Shown: positions 30,400 to 38,533, counted from the first letter of the stretch. The stretch is DNA of 64,000 nucleotides from Flavobacteriaceae bacterium (GCA_002400885.1 NVRM01000002.1:739-64738); one strand, 5' to 3'. The notes: a model not told the origin generated them from the letters alone. Numbers and translations: made by a program.

Positions 30400-30520
30400 G
30401 CGTTAGGGATAGAAGCGGTTACCCTGCAGGTTTTTTTTACAGTGGGGCAATTTTTCATTGCTCCGCTGTAAAAAAACCGAAGCGTATGAGCGGATAGCCC
30501 GACCCCCTTGGGTAACGCCC
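30400..30520 (-). repeat. GC-rich modular palindromic repeat unit, inverted copy with larger internal hairpin
   Basis: The reverse-complement head matches the forward copy at 31/32 nt and the tail at 18/20. The interior is about 70 nt and contains an 11-bp stem TTTTTTTACAG/CTGTAAAAAAA plus an inner GGGGCAAT/ATTGCTCC stem. Confidence 0.85.
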
Positions 30521-30579
30521 AAAACAATTTTATTATAAATATTAATCCCCTTAAATTAGTTACATCTGTAATTTTGATT

Positions 30580-30675
30580 CCTCTCCCCACCCCATTATTA
30601 TACTGATAATTACCCCTTATTTTTAAGTGATAAAAAACCTCTAACTTTTAATTATTAGAGGGTTTATTGTGTTTA
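30580..30675 (+). repeat. Direct repeat copy B (~95 bp, contains a degenerate terminator hairpin)
   Basis: It is the partner of 29865-29960. Its hairpin CCTCTAA/TTAGAGG has a shorter stem and an interrupted T tract. Confidence 0.8.
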
Positions 30676-30782
30676 GCTAATCGTTATCTTCGTAATGCGT
30701 TATTTAAGTAAGAACATATGAATTTTTTAAAAAACAAAAATGATTCAAAAAAAGCAAAACACTAAATATTAACAGGCGATTT

Positions 30783-31172
30783 ATGCAGGTAATGGAGATG
30801 TATGGATATAATGGATACAAGATATCTAAAGAAGTCGAAGTGTTATCGGAGTCTAAAATCACCAACATAAGACTAGGAAAAAGAGAACCTAGTTTAGATA
30901 TGATAAAAGGACTTATTGGTAGGTTTCCGGATATTAGTTATGCGTGGCTTATTACAGGCGAAGGCGAGGCTATATGTACAAAAGAAAGATTCCCAGACGA
31001 GAAACACCTTACAGATAAAGAGCTCGATTTCATTATAAGAAATGTAACAACGAAACAAAACACACTAATGCAAAGCAGTTTATTTAGAAACTTTATTGAT
31101 AAAATAAAAACGGAGGAGCGCAAAAAAGTATTAAAAGAGGTGAGCGACTTTATAAGCTTAAAATCTAATTAA
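30783..31172 (+). CDS. XRE-family helix-turn-helix protein (phage/ICE repressor-like)
   Basis: 129-aa ORF with an HTH core (GYKISKEVEVLSESKITNIRLGKREPSLDMI) followed by the WLITGEGE motif common in Bacteroidota phage-type HTH regulators. The 5' end is uncertain (see the finding at 30740-31172). Confidence 0.75.
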   Translation: MQVMEMYGYNGYKISKEVEVLSESKITNIRLGKREPSLDMIKGLIGRFPDISYAWLITGEGEAICTKERFPDEKHLTDKELDFIIRNVTTKQNTLMQSSLFRNFIDKIKTEERKKVLKEVSDFISLKSN

Positions 31173-31599
31173 TTTTAACAAGCACGCGCCTTCTATTCCT
31201 CATCACAGCTAAACAACTGAGGTTCTATACATAGTCCGGATGTATTTTCATTAACGGTACATTTATCTTAGCCCCTTTTTTTTGAAGATAAAAATAAGCC
31301 CTTTGTATTGAATTCCTTTTGTTATCTTTGGTCAACTAAATGACAATTGGATCACCTTTTTTAAAACAAAGGAGCTTAAATCTGCCATTAATTTGTGTTG
31401 CTTTTAGAATTTTGAGTCCCCTATTTCAAAAACAAAACCTAGTTTTTTTTGATTATTTGCACTAAAAAAGACAAAGCCCACAAATCTAAGGCTAACAATA
31501 CTTTAAGAGCAGTAAACTAGTTATTAATAATGAAACTATTTCTACAAAACCATCAGGTAAAAATATAGTAATAGTAGCATTAGAATTAAGATAAAAAAA

Positions 31600-32571
31600 A
31601 TGCAACAGGTTCCCCAAAAACGATACAATACTTACAGTGCTTATATAAAAAAGCATTTTGGTCAAAGAGTACAAAAAATAACCTTAGACACCGGTTTTTC
31701 CTGTCCAAACAGGGATGGTAGTAAAGGTGTTGGCGGTTGTACTTATTGCAATAATAACACGTTTAATCCAGCCTATTGCAAACCTATTAAAAGCATTAGC
31801 CAACAATTAGATGAAGGCATCGCTATGTTTTCTAAGAAATACAAAACACAGCAATACCTCGCTTATTTCCAAGCATATACCAATACGTATGCAGACATTA
31901 AATTGGTTAAAAAACTATATCTAGAAGCACTTAGCCATCCAAACATCAAAGGATTAGTCATCGGAACCAGACCCGACTGTATTAGTACTGAACTTGCAGA
32001 TTTCCTAGAGGAATTGACAAAAAGCACTTATATATCGGTAGAATTTGGTGTAGAAACCACTTTAAACCGCACCTTATTACAAGTAAATAGATGCCACACT
32101 TTTGAAGAAACGATTGCAGCTTACAAAATGATGAGCAACAGAGGCATTCATCTGGGAGCACATATTATCTTAGGACTTCCTGGAGAATCTAAAGAAGAGA
32201 TGATGGAGCATGCTGCTAAAATATCCGCACTTCCTATCGATAGTCTAAAAATACACCATCTACAAATAGTAAAACACACGATGATGGCTTTTGAATACCG
32301 GAAAACACCAGAGAAATTCGACCTATTTTCATTGGAAGACTACTTAGAATTTATCACGGAATTTATAGCCGTTTTACGTCCAGACTTAGTTTTGGAACGT
32401 TTTATAAGCGAATCACCAAAGGACTTACTCGTAGCACCCAATTGGGGAGGTATAAAAAACTACGCCATGCTGGATAAAATAGATAAAATCCTTCTACAAA
32501 AGGATTATGTCCAAGGACTACACTATAAAAGAACCGCTATTACTAGCGATAGTTCCCCTTCTTTATCGTAA
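31600..32571 (+). CDS. Radical SAM protein, TIGR01212 (YhcC-like) family
   Basis: 323-aa ORF with the Cys motif CPNRDGSKGVGGCTYC characteristic of this family. Confidence 0.85.
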   Translation: MQQVPQKRYNTYSAYIKKHFGQRVQKITLDTGFSCPNRDGSKGVGGCTYCNNNTFNPAYCKPIKSISQQLDEGIAMFSKKYKTQQYLAYFQAYTNTYADIKLVKKLYLEALSHPNIKGLVIGTRPDCISTELADFLEELTKSTYISVEFGVETTLNRTLLQVNRCHTFEETIAAYKMMSNRGIHLGAHIILGLPGESKEEMMEHAAKISALPIDSLKIHHLQIVKHTMMAFEYRKTPEKFDLFSLEDYLEFITEFIAVLRPDLVLERFISESPKDLLVAPNWGGIKNYAMLDKIDKILLQKDYVQGLHYKRTAITSDSSPSLS

Positions 32572-32674
32572 TGTTTAATAAAGAGTCTTAAAATTATAAA
32601 AACTATATATTTTCTTAGTATTTTTGGCGTTTAACAACATAGCTAAAGCCACTAAGGCCTAAAAAATTATATTT

Positions 32675-33130
32675 ATGAAAAGAATACTTATTCTTTTAGC
32701 ATGCACTTTTCTGATCACGATATCCTGTGAGACTGATGAAATTTGCGATCAAACGATACAACCTACACCTAACTTAGTGATTACGTTTTATGACATCGAT
32801 GCTCCTGACACCCGCAAGGAAGTAATTGACTTTTCTGCTAAAATTATAGACAATCAAGTTGTCATCGAAACCATTACTACGGACTCGATCCATATACCCT
32901 TGGATATTTTTAATGGAAAAACCTCGTATCAATTTCTCCAAAAAGAAATCGTAGACAAACTGAAATTCACCTATACTAGCAATCAAATTTTCATGTCACA
33001 ATCCTGTGGATACAGAACTCAGTTTAAGCAATTGGCCGCTGAAACATCCACGCATTGGATTCAGAAAATAAGCATCGAAGAAACAACTATAAACGATCAA
33101 AAAACGGAACATGTTAAAATATATCACTAG
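32675..33130 (+). CDS. Lipoprotein of unknown function
   Basis: 151-aa ORF with a lipobox (ITISC). Its 3' end overlaps the next gene by 20 nt. Confidence 0.7.
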   Translation: MKRILILLACTFLITISCETDEICDQTIQPTPNLVITFYDIDAPDTRKEVIDFSAKIIDNQVVIETITTDSIHIPLDIFNGKTSYQFLQKEIVDKLKFTYTSNQIFMSQSCGYRTQFKQLAAETSTHWIQKISIEETTINDQKTEHVKIYH

Positions 33131-33809
33131 TTTTTTATTATTGAGTTCGATTGCCATGTTAGGTCAAGTAAGCATGGAGGCACAAGATTCAATCCCAAGC
33201 CCTAAGCATCAGAAATACGGAATACGCGTAGGAATTGACTTGAGTAAACCTTTTCATTCTATTTTTGACAACCAAGATAAAGGAATAGAAATCACTGCTG
33301 ATTATCGCATCAAACCGAATCTATTTATTGCGGCAGAAATGGGGGCTACTGACCGTACATCACAAGAAGATTATTTTAATTTCACGACCAAGGGAGCTTA
33401 TATTAAAGCAGGAATAAATTTTAATGCCTACAAAAACTGGCTAGACATGCAAAACGAAATTTTTGTAGGGCTACGCTATGGTTTTAGTTCTTTTAGTCAC
33501 ACTATTAATAGCATTACTCCCAACCAGCACGGGAGCTATTTTTCGGGTGAAGCGATTACAAGCCCTATAGATTTTGATAATTTAAGTGCTCATTGGGCCG
33601 AATTCATTTTTGGAATCAAAGCAGAAGCATTTAATAATTTATTCATAGGTTTCAGTGTAAGTTTAAAAGGAGTCATTAGTCAAACATCTCCCGAAAATTT
33701 CAAGAACATATACATCCCTGGTGTCAACGCTGTTAATTTAAATAATAATGGAGTAGGATTTAATTACACCCTCTCCTATTTGATCCCGTTTACAAAGAAA
33801 AACAAATAA
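33111..33809 (+). CDS. Putative outer-membrane beta-barrel protein of unknown function
   Basis: 232-aa ORF with a signal peptide and an alternating aromatic/hydrophilic strand pattern. It overlaps the upstream lipoprotein gene. Confidence 0.7.
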   Translation: MLKYITSFLLLSSIAMLGQVSMEAQDSIPSPKHQKYGIRVGIDLSKPFHSIFDNQDKGIEITADYRIKPNLFIAAEMGATDRTSQEDYFNFTTKGAYIKAGINFNAYKNWLDMQNEIFVGLRYGFSSFSHTINSITPNQHGSYFSGEAITSPIDFDNLSAHWAEFIFGIKAEAFNNLFIGFSVSLKGVISQTSPENFKNIYIPGVNAVNLNNNGVGFNYTLSYLIPFTKKNK

Positions 33810-33840
33810 TTTTTGTAAATTTATAATTCACTAACAACAG

Positions 33841-34791
33841 ATGATGCAAAATATACCGAGTGTCGATTTATCAGATTTTTTATCTGGAGATGCAAAAAGA
33901 AAGGAGAAATTCGTTTTAGAAATTGGAGAAGCATACGAAGACATAGGATTTGTAGCTTTAAAAGGTCACTTTTTAAGTGATGAACTCACGGATAATTTAT
34001 ACGCAGAAGTCAAGAACTTCTTCAGTTTACCAGAAAGCACGAAAAAGACCTATGAAATAGAAGGGATTGGAGGTCAGCGCGGCTATACCTCATTTGGAAA
34101 AGAAAGTGCCAAAGGTAAAACAGAAGGAGACTTAAAAGAATTCTGGCATTTTGGTCAAGAAGTAACAAACAATGAAAAATTAAAAGCAGCATATCCTGAG
34201 AATGTTCCAGTAAAAGAATTAAAACATTTTAATAGCACCGGCTTAGAAACTTATAAAAAGCTGGAAAAAACGGCGACGTATGTCTTGCGTGCATTGGCCA
34301 TATACATAGGCTTGGACGAATTTTATTTTGACAATTATGTGACCAACGGAAATAGCATTTTACGCCCTATCCACTACCCACCTATTGTAGGGAAACCTAA
34401 AGGAGCAGTCCGTGCGGCAGCCCATGGCGACATTAATTTAATTACGTTATTAATGGGAGCTTCGGCAGCAGGATTAGAAGTACAGCATAAAAATGGCGAC
34501 TGGATTCCAGTAACCGCACTCCCCGATCAATTGGTCATAAATGTTGGAGATATGCTCGAACGCTTAACAAATAATAAGCTACGTTCTACCATCCACCGTG
34601 TGGTAAATCCACCTGAGAGTGAATGGGGAAATTCACGTTTTTCGATCCCCTTCTTCACTCATCCTATCGGTGAAATGTCATTAAATTGCCTCAAAGAATG
34701 TATTTCTAAAGAGACTCCAAAAGCATATGAAGACATTACGGCTGGAGATTTTTTAAACGAACGCTTAAGAGATTTAGGTCTTATAAAATAA
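33841..34791 (+). CDS. 2-oxoglutarate/Fe(II)-dependent oxygenase (isopenicillin N synthase family)
   Basis: 316-aa ORF with an HxD...H facial triad (AAHGDINLITLL ... STIHRV) and a RFS motif. Confidence 0.85.
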   Translation: MMQNIPSVDLSDFLSGDAKRKEKFVLEIGEAYEDIGFVALKGHFLSDELTDNLYAEVKNFFSLPESTKKTYEIEGIGGQRGYTSFGKESAKGKTEGDLKEFWHFGQEVTNNEKLKAAYPENVPVKELKHFNSTGLETYKKLEKTATYVLRALAIYIGLDEFYFDNYVTNGNSILRPIHYPPIVGKPKGAVRAAAHGDINLITLLMGASAAGLEVQHKNGDWIPVTALPDQLVINVGDMLERLTNNKLRSTIHRVVNPPESEWGNSRFSIPFFTHPIGEMSLNCLKECISKETPKAYEDITAGDFLNERLRDLGLIK

Positions 34792-34801
34792 CACCCAAAG
34801 C

Positions 34802-34834
34802 ATAAGGGCTATTCCCTATGGGAGTAGCCCTTAT
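34802..34834 (+). terminator. Stem-loop after the oxygenase gene (weak terminator)
   Basis: 10-bp perfect stem ATAAGGGCTA/TAGCCCTTAT with a 13-nt loop, followed by only a weak T-rich tract. Confidence 0.45.
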
Positions 34835-34874
34835 ATTTGTTCCATATAATTCCATATTAAAAAGATAACAACAG

Positions 34875-35042
34875 ATGAAAAAACAAATGATCCCCTTATT
34901 TTCTTTCGGTATATTCTTAGTAATTATCGGAGCAATTGGAAAAGTCATGGATTGGAGTCAAGCCAATATTATCATGGCAATTGGCTTATTATTTGAACTA
35001 TTTGCAGCGCTAATTTTTATCTGGCAAAAAATAAAAAAATAA
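34875..35042 (+). CDS. 55-aa two-TM mini-protein (below the ORF-track cutoff)
   Basis: Translates to MKKQMIPLFSFGIFLVIIGAIGKVMDWSQANIIMAIGLLFELFAALIFIWQKIKK. It has two clear hydrophobic helices and K-rich termini, and its stop overlaps the next ATG (TAATG). Confidence 0.55.
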   Translation: MKKQMIPLFSFGIFLVIIGAIGKVMDWSQANIIMAIGLLFELFAALIFIWQKIKK

Positions 35043-35221
35043 TGAATACCACCAGCCCTTCACAATATGCAGTTATGGGTCTCATGGTTCTTTTAGGATC
35101 TGTGAAAGTAAAAGAATCCTGTCATTGGTGTGGCATCGGATTAATCGTAGTTGCAGGCATTATATTTATCACTGCAATTCGTAAAAATTATATACAAAAG
35201 AAATGGCGAAAAAGAAATTAA
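35042..35221 (+). CDS. 59-aa two-TM mini-protein, paralogue of the preceding ORF
   Basis: Translates to MNTTSPSQYAVMGLMVLLGSVKVKESCHWCGIGLIVVAGIIFITAIRKNYIQKKWRKRN. It has the same 2-TM hairpin layout and overlaps the SUI1 gene start by 19 nt. Confidence 0.5.
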   Translation: MNTTSPSQYAVMGLMVLLGSVKVKESCHWCGIGLIVVAGIIFITAIRKNYIQKKWRKRN

Positions 35222-35553
35222 ACAGTTTAGAATCTCTGGGAGGTTTTGTTTTTTCAACGGATAACAATTTTGATTTCAATAAAGAGGAAGCTACTGAAAC
35301 AGCAGCTCCAGAAGATCAACTTTTAGAAGCATTATTCTCAAATAAAGGACGCGGAGGAAAAACCGTTACTGTAATTCGTGGATTCCAAGGAACTGAATCA
35401 GATTTAAAAGTACTAGGCAAGAAATTAAAAACCAAATGTGGCGTTGGAGGAACGGTAAAAGATGGAGAAATCATAATCCAAGGAAAATACCGCGATAAAA
35501 TCATGGAAATCCTTAAAAAGGACGGTTTCCGTGTAAAACGTGTAGGTGGTTAA
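35203..35553 (+). CDS. yciH: Translation initiation factor SUI1/YciH family protein
   Basis: 116-aa ORF with the SUI1 core (GRGGKTVTVIRGF ... CGVGGTVKDGEIIIQG). Confidence 0.88.
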   Translation: MAKKKLNSLESLGGFVFSTDNNFDFNKEEATETAAPEDQLLEALFSNKGRGGKTVTVIRGFQGTESDLKVLGKKLKTKCGVGGTVKDGEIIIQGKYRDKIMEILKKDGFRVKRVGG

Positions 35554-35653
35554 GCCCTATAGTTATTAACAAATAAGTGAAATAGTAAACATTATTTGTA
35601 ATTTAGGTGATTCAATTATATTGCCCCAATTTAATAGATTAATACGAATAATT

Positions 35654-36526
35654 ATGAGCAGAATAGCAGATTCAGAATTAATATTAAACCCAGACGGTAG
35701 CGTTTATCATTTAAACTTATTACCAGAACATATCGCCACTACTGTAATTTTTGTTGGAGATCAAAATAGAGTTTCTAAAATAACAAAGCATTTTGATTCC
35801 ATTGAATTTGAAACTCAAAAACGAGAATTTAAAACAGTTACCGGTAGTTATAAAGGAACACGAATGACAGTAATGTCTACTGGAATTGGACCTGACAATA
35901 TAGATATCGTAATCAATGAGCTAGACGCTCTTGTAAACATCGATTTAAAAACCCGTACCCCAAAAACAACACATACTCAACTTAAGATTGTGCGTATTGG
36001 AACTTCTGGATCACTTCAAAGTGATATCCCAGTAGATAGTTTTGTACTGGCAAAATATGGTTTAGGATTGGATGGAATGTTACATTCCTACGACTGTGAA
36101 TCGATTTTAGAACCACGTATGGAAGACGCTTTTATTGCACATACCAAGTGGAATAACAGAAAAGCAAGGCCATATATAGTTAAAAATAGCAGCTCTTTAG
36201 CAGCACAATTGGCAGACGATCAATTATTCTTAGGAATTACGGCAACTGCTCCAGGATTTTACGGACCTCAAGGTCGTGTTTTAAGATTGCCAATAGAAGA
36301 TCCAGCACTGAATAATAAAATAGACAGTTTCGAATTTGAAGGAGAAAAAGTAACCAATATGGAAATGGAAACTTCTGCCATTTATGGATTGTCAAAATTA
36401 TTAGGACATAAAGCCTGTTCTCTAAATGCCATTATTGCCAACAGAGCCAATGGTACATTTAGTAAAGACCCCTACGCTGCTGTAGATAAACTAATAGAAT
36501 TTACCTTAGACAAATTAAAAGATTAA
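35654..36526 (+). CDS. Nucleoside phosphorylase (PNP/UDP family 1)
   Basis: Motifs VRIGTSGSL and NMEMETSAIYGL are present. The start is set at MSRIADSEL (ATG 35654) rather than the TTG at 35621. Confidence 0.85.
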   Translation: MSRIADSELILNPDGSVYHLNLLPEHIATTVIFVGDQNRVSKITKHFDSIEFETQKREFKTVTGSYKGTRMTVMSTGIGPDNIDIVINELDALVNIDLKTRTPKTTHTQLKIVRIGTSGSLQSDIPVDSFVLAKYGLGLDGMLHSYDCESILEPRMEDAFIAHTKWNNRKARPYIVKNSSSLAAQLADDQLFLGITATAPGFYGPQGRVLRLPIEDPALNNKIDSFEFEGEKVTNMEMETSAIYGLSKLLGHKACSLNAIIANRANGTFSKDPYAAVDKLIEFTLDKLKD

Positions 36527-36570
36527 TTAATTTTTATATTTTAGACATCGAAACTAATACTCCTAATATC

Positions 36571-36726
36571 ATGAAAAAAATCGGAACGATTGCAATAGTT
36601 ATTGCAAGTCTAGCGTTAACCTCTTGTGGCTCTTACAACTCAGCAGGTTGCGGATTAACAAGCGATACTAGTACTCCCCAAAAGACAATCGAATTTCCTT
36701 CAGTTATAAATTCTGAAAACGTTTAA
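36571..36726 (+). CDS. 51-aa mini-lipoprotein (below the ORF-track cutoff)
   Basis: Translates to MKKIGTIAIVIASLALTSCGSYNSAGCGLTSDTSTPQKTIEFPSVINSENV. It has a classical signal peptide plus lipobox and shares a CG..N..GCGLTS motif with the next ORF. Confidence 0.55.
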   Translation: MKKIGTIAIVIASLALTSCGSYNSAGCGLTSDTSTPQKTIEFPSVINSENV

Positions 36727-36745
36727 CGAATAGCCAAGATAAATC

Positions 36746-36913
36746 ATGATTAAAAAAAGCTTAAAAAGTGTAACCATACTAAGCATACTACTCTTGTTTA
36801 TGAGCTGTGGAGCAAAAAATTGTGGTTGTGGACTCACAAGTGAAGCTGACACTAAGAAACAACTAGAAAAAACAACTTCAATAACTTTTAAAAAAACAGA
36901 AACTGCGAAATAG
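36746..36913 (+). CDS. 55-aa mini-lipoprotein, paralogue of the preceding ORF
   Basis: Translates to MIKKSLKSVTILSILLLFMSCGAKNCGCGLTSEADTKKQLEKTTSITFKKTETAK, with a signal peptide plus lipobox and the shared motif. Confidence 0.55.
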   Translation: MIKKSLKSVTILSILLLFMSCGAKNCGCGLTSEADTKKQLEKTTSITFKKTETAK

Positions 36914-37040
36914 TAATGACTACTTCACGGTATTTTTTATCCGTCTAATTTTAACACATCCAATCTGAGCAATAATCACTGTTCAGATTATTTTTTTATC
37001 AAGTAAATTTAATTAAACCAGCGTATTAATAGCTACCTTA

Positions 37041-37673
37041 ATGAACTTCAATATATTTACTACACTCCTGAAATCCGTTGAAAGCCTACCACTAGGTGGA
37101 TTAGAAATCCTACTAGAGATGGCTCCTGAAATCAGAAAAAAGGTTGCGGAAGACTCTATTGCTGGTAAAAACCCACGAAAAGCAGCTGTGCTTGCATTAT
37201 TTTATCCTAATGAACAACAAGAAACATGCTTTTCCTTAATGGAAAGAGCGGCGTACAATGGGACACATTCTGCCCAAATAAGTTTTCCTGGAGGGAAAGA
37301 GGAACCCACAGATAAAAACTTAGCCCATACGGCACTCAGGGAAACGCAAGAGGAGATTGGAATTCCTTCCAAAAACATTATCCTTATAAAGGAAATGACC
37401 ACAACGTACATTCCTCCTAGTAATTTTTTAGTATCCCCATTTATAGGGATTTGCAAAACCACACCTGTATTTACAGCAAACAACGAAGTAAAAGAACTAT
37501 TAGAAATTAAGCTTGCCGACCTACTAAACGAAACGAACAAAACAACGGCAATACTCTCCACATCGTATCAAAAAAACATGGAAACGCCCTGCTTTTTATT
37601 AAACGGACATATTGTTTGGGGAGCAACAGCAATGATGCTGAACGAAATCAAACATATGTTAAATAAGGTATAG
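37041..37673 (+). CDS. NUDIX hydrolase (CoA pyrophosphatase-like)
   Basis: 210-aa ORF with the NUDIX box GGKEEPTDKNLAHTALRETQEEIG. Confidence 0.85.
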   Translation: MNFNIFTTLLKSVESLPLGGLEILLEMAPEIRKKVAEDSIAGKNPRKAAVLALFYPNEQQETCFSLMERAAYNGTHSAQISFPGGKEEPTDKNLAHTALRETQEEIGIPSKNIILIKEMTTTYIPPSNFLVSPFIGICKTTPVFTANNEVKELLEIKLADLLNETNKTTAILSTSYQKNMETPCFLLNGHIVWGATAMMLNEIKHMLNKV

Positions 37674-37720
37674 TTGGTTTTTCTTTTGTATTTTAGCAGC
37701 AACTAAAACTAAACTTATAC

Positions 37721-38533
37721 ATGGCACTATTTAAACGAAACCCGTTTGGTCATATTTTATTTGTTAAAAGATGGTTGATTCGAATTTTCGGAATCGTATC
37801 ACACGGACGTTACAGACGTTTTAACAAATTACAAATCGAAGGTTCTGAAATCTTACGCGATATCCCAGAACAGAATGTACTATTTGTCTCCAATCATCAA
37901 ACCTATTTTGCCGATGTTGCAGCCATGTTTCATGTCTTCAACGCATCACTCAAAAACAGGGTTGATAATATTAAGAACATTGGATACATATGGGACCCTA
38001 AATTAAACATCTATTTTGTAGCCGCAGCGGAAACAATGCAATCCGGTCTTTTACCTAAAATATTTGCTTACATAGGATCTGTTTCTATTCAAAGAACATG
38101 GCGTAGCTCAGGAAAAAATATAAATAGACAAGTAAAAATGTCTGACATTTCCAATATAGGAAAAGCATTAGACGACGGTTGGGTGATTACCTTCCCTCAA
38201 GGAACTACAAAACCTTTTAATCCTATCAGACGTGGAACAGCACATATTATAAAAACCTATAAACCTGTAGTGATTCCTATTGTAATAGATGGATTTAGAC
38301 GGTCTTTTGATAAAAAAGGATTGCTCATTAAGAAGCGAGGAGTCTTACAGTCTATGGTAATTAAACCGCCATTGGAAATTGACTATGAGAACGATGATAT
38401 CGCGAAAATAGTTTCTCAATTAGAAATGGCAATAGAGCAACATCCAGACATGTTAAAAGTAACTCCAGTAGCTCAATACGCTAAAGAGGAAGCTGATTTG
38501 AATAAAAAACGTAAATTCTGGAGTACCTATTAA
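37721..38533 (+). CDS. Lysophospholipid/1-acyl-glycerol-3-phosphate acyltransferase family protein
   Basis: 270-aa ORF with an acyltransferase block I-like motif (FVSNHQTYFAD) and a block III-like motif (ITFPQGTT). Confidence 0.75.
   Translation: MALFKRNPFGHILFVKRWLIRIFGIVSHGRYRRFNKLQIEGSEILRDIPEQNVLFVSNHQTYFADVAAMFHVFNASLKNRVDNIKNIGYIWDPKLNIYFVAAAETMQSGLLPKIFAYIGSVSIQRTWRSSGKNINRQVKMSDISNIGKALDDGWVITFPQGTTKPFNPIRRGTAHIIKTYKPVVIPIVIDGFRRSFDKKGLLIKKRGVLQSMVIKPPLEIDYENDDIAKIVSQLEMAIEQHPDMLKVTPVAQYAKEEADLNKKRKFWSTY

Noticed and set aside
30318-30590. 90-aa minus-strand ORF in the rlmD-downstream region
   Set aside because: It is assembled entirely from the GC-rich repeat units; its translation contains the repeat-derived ...ASIPNAEG... 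and poly-lysine/phenylalanine from the A/T runs. It has no plausible start context and is a by-product of the repeats.
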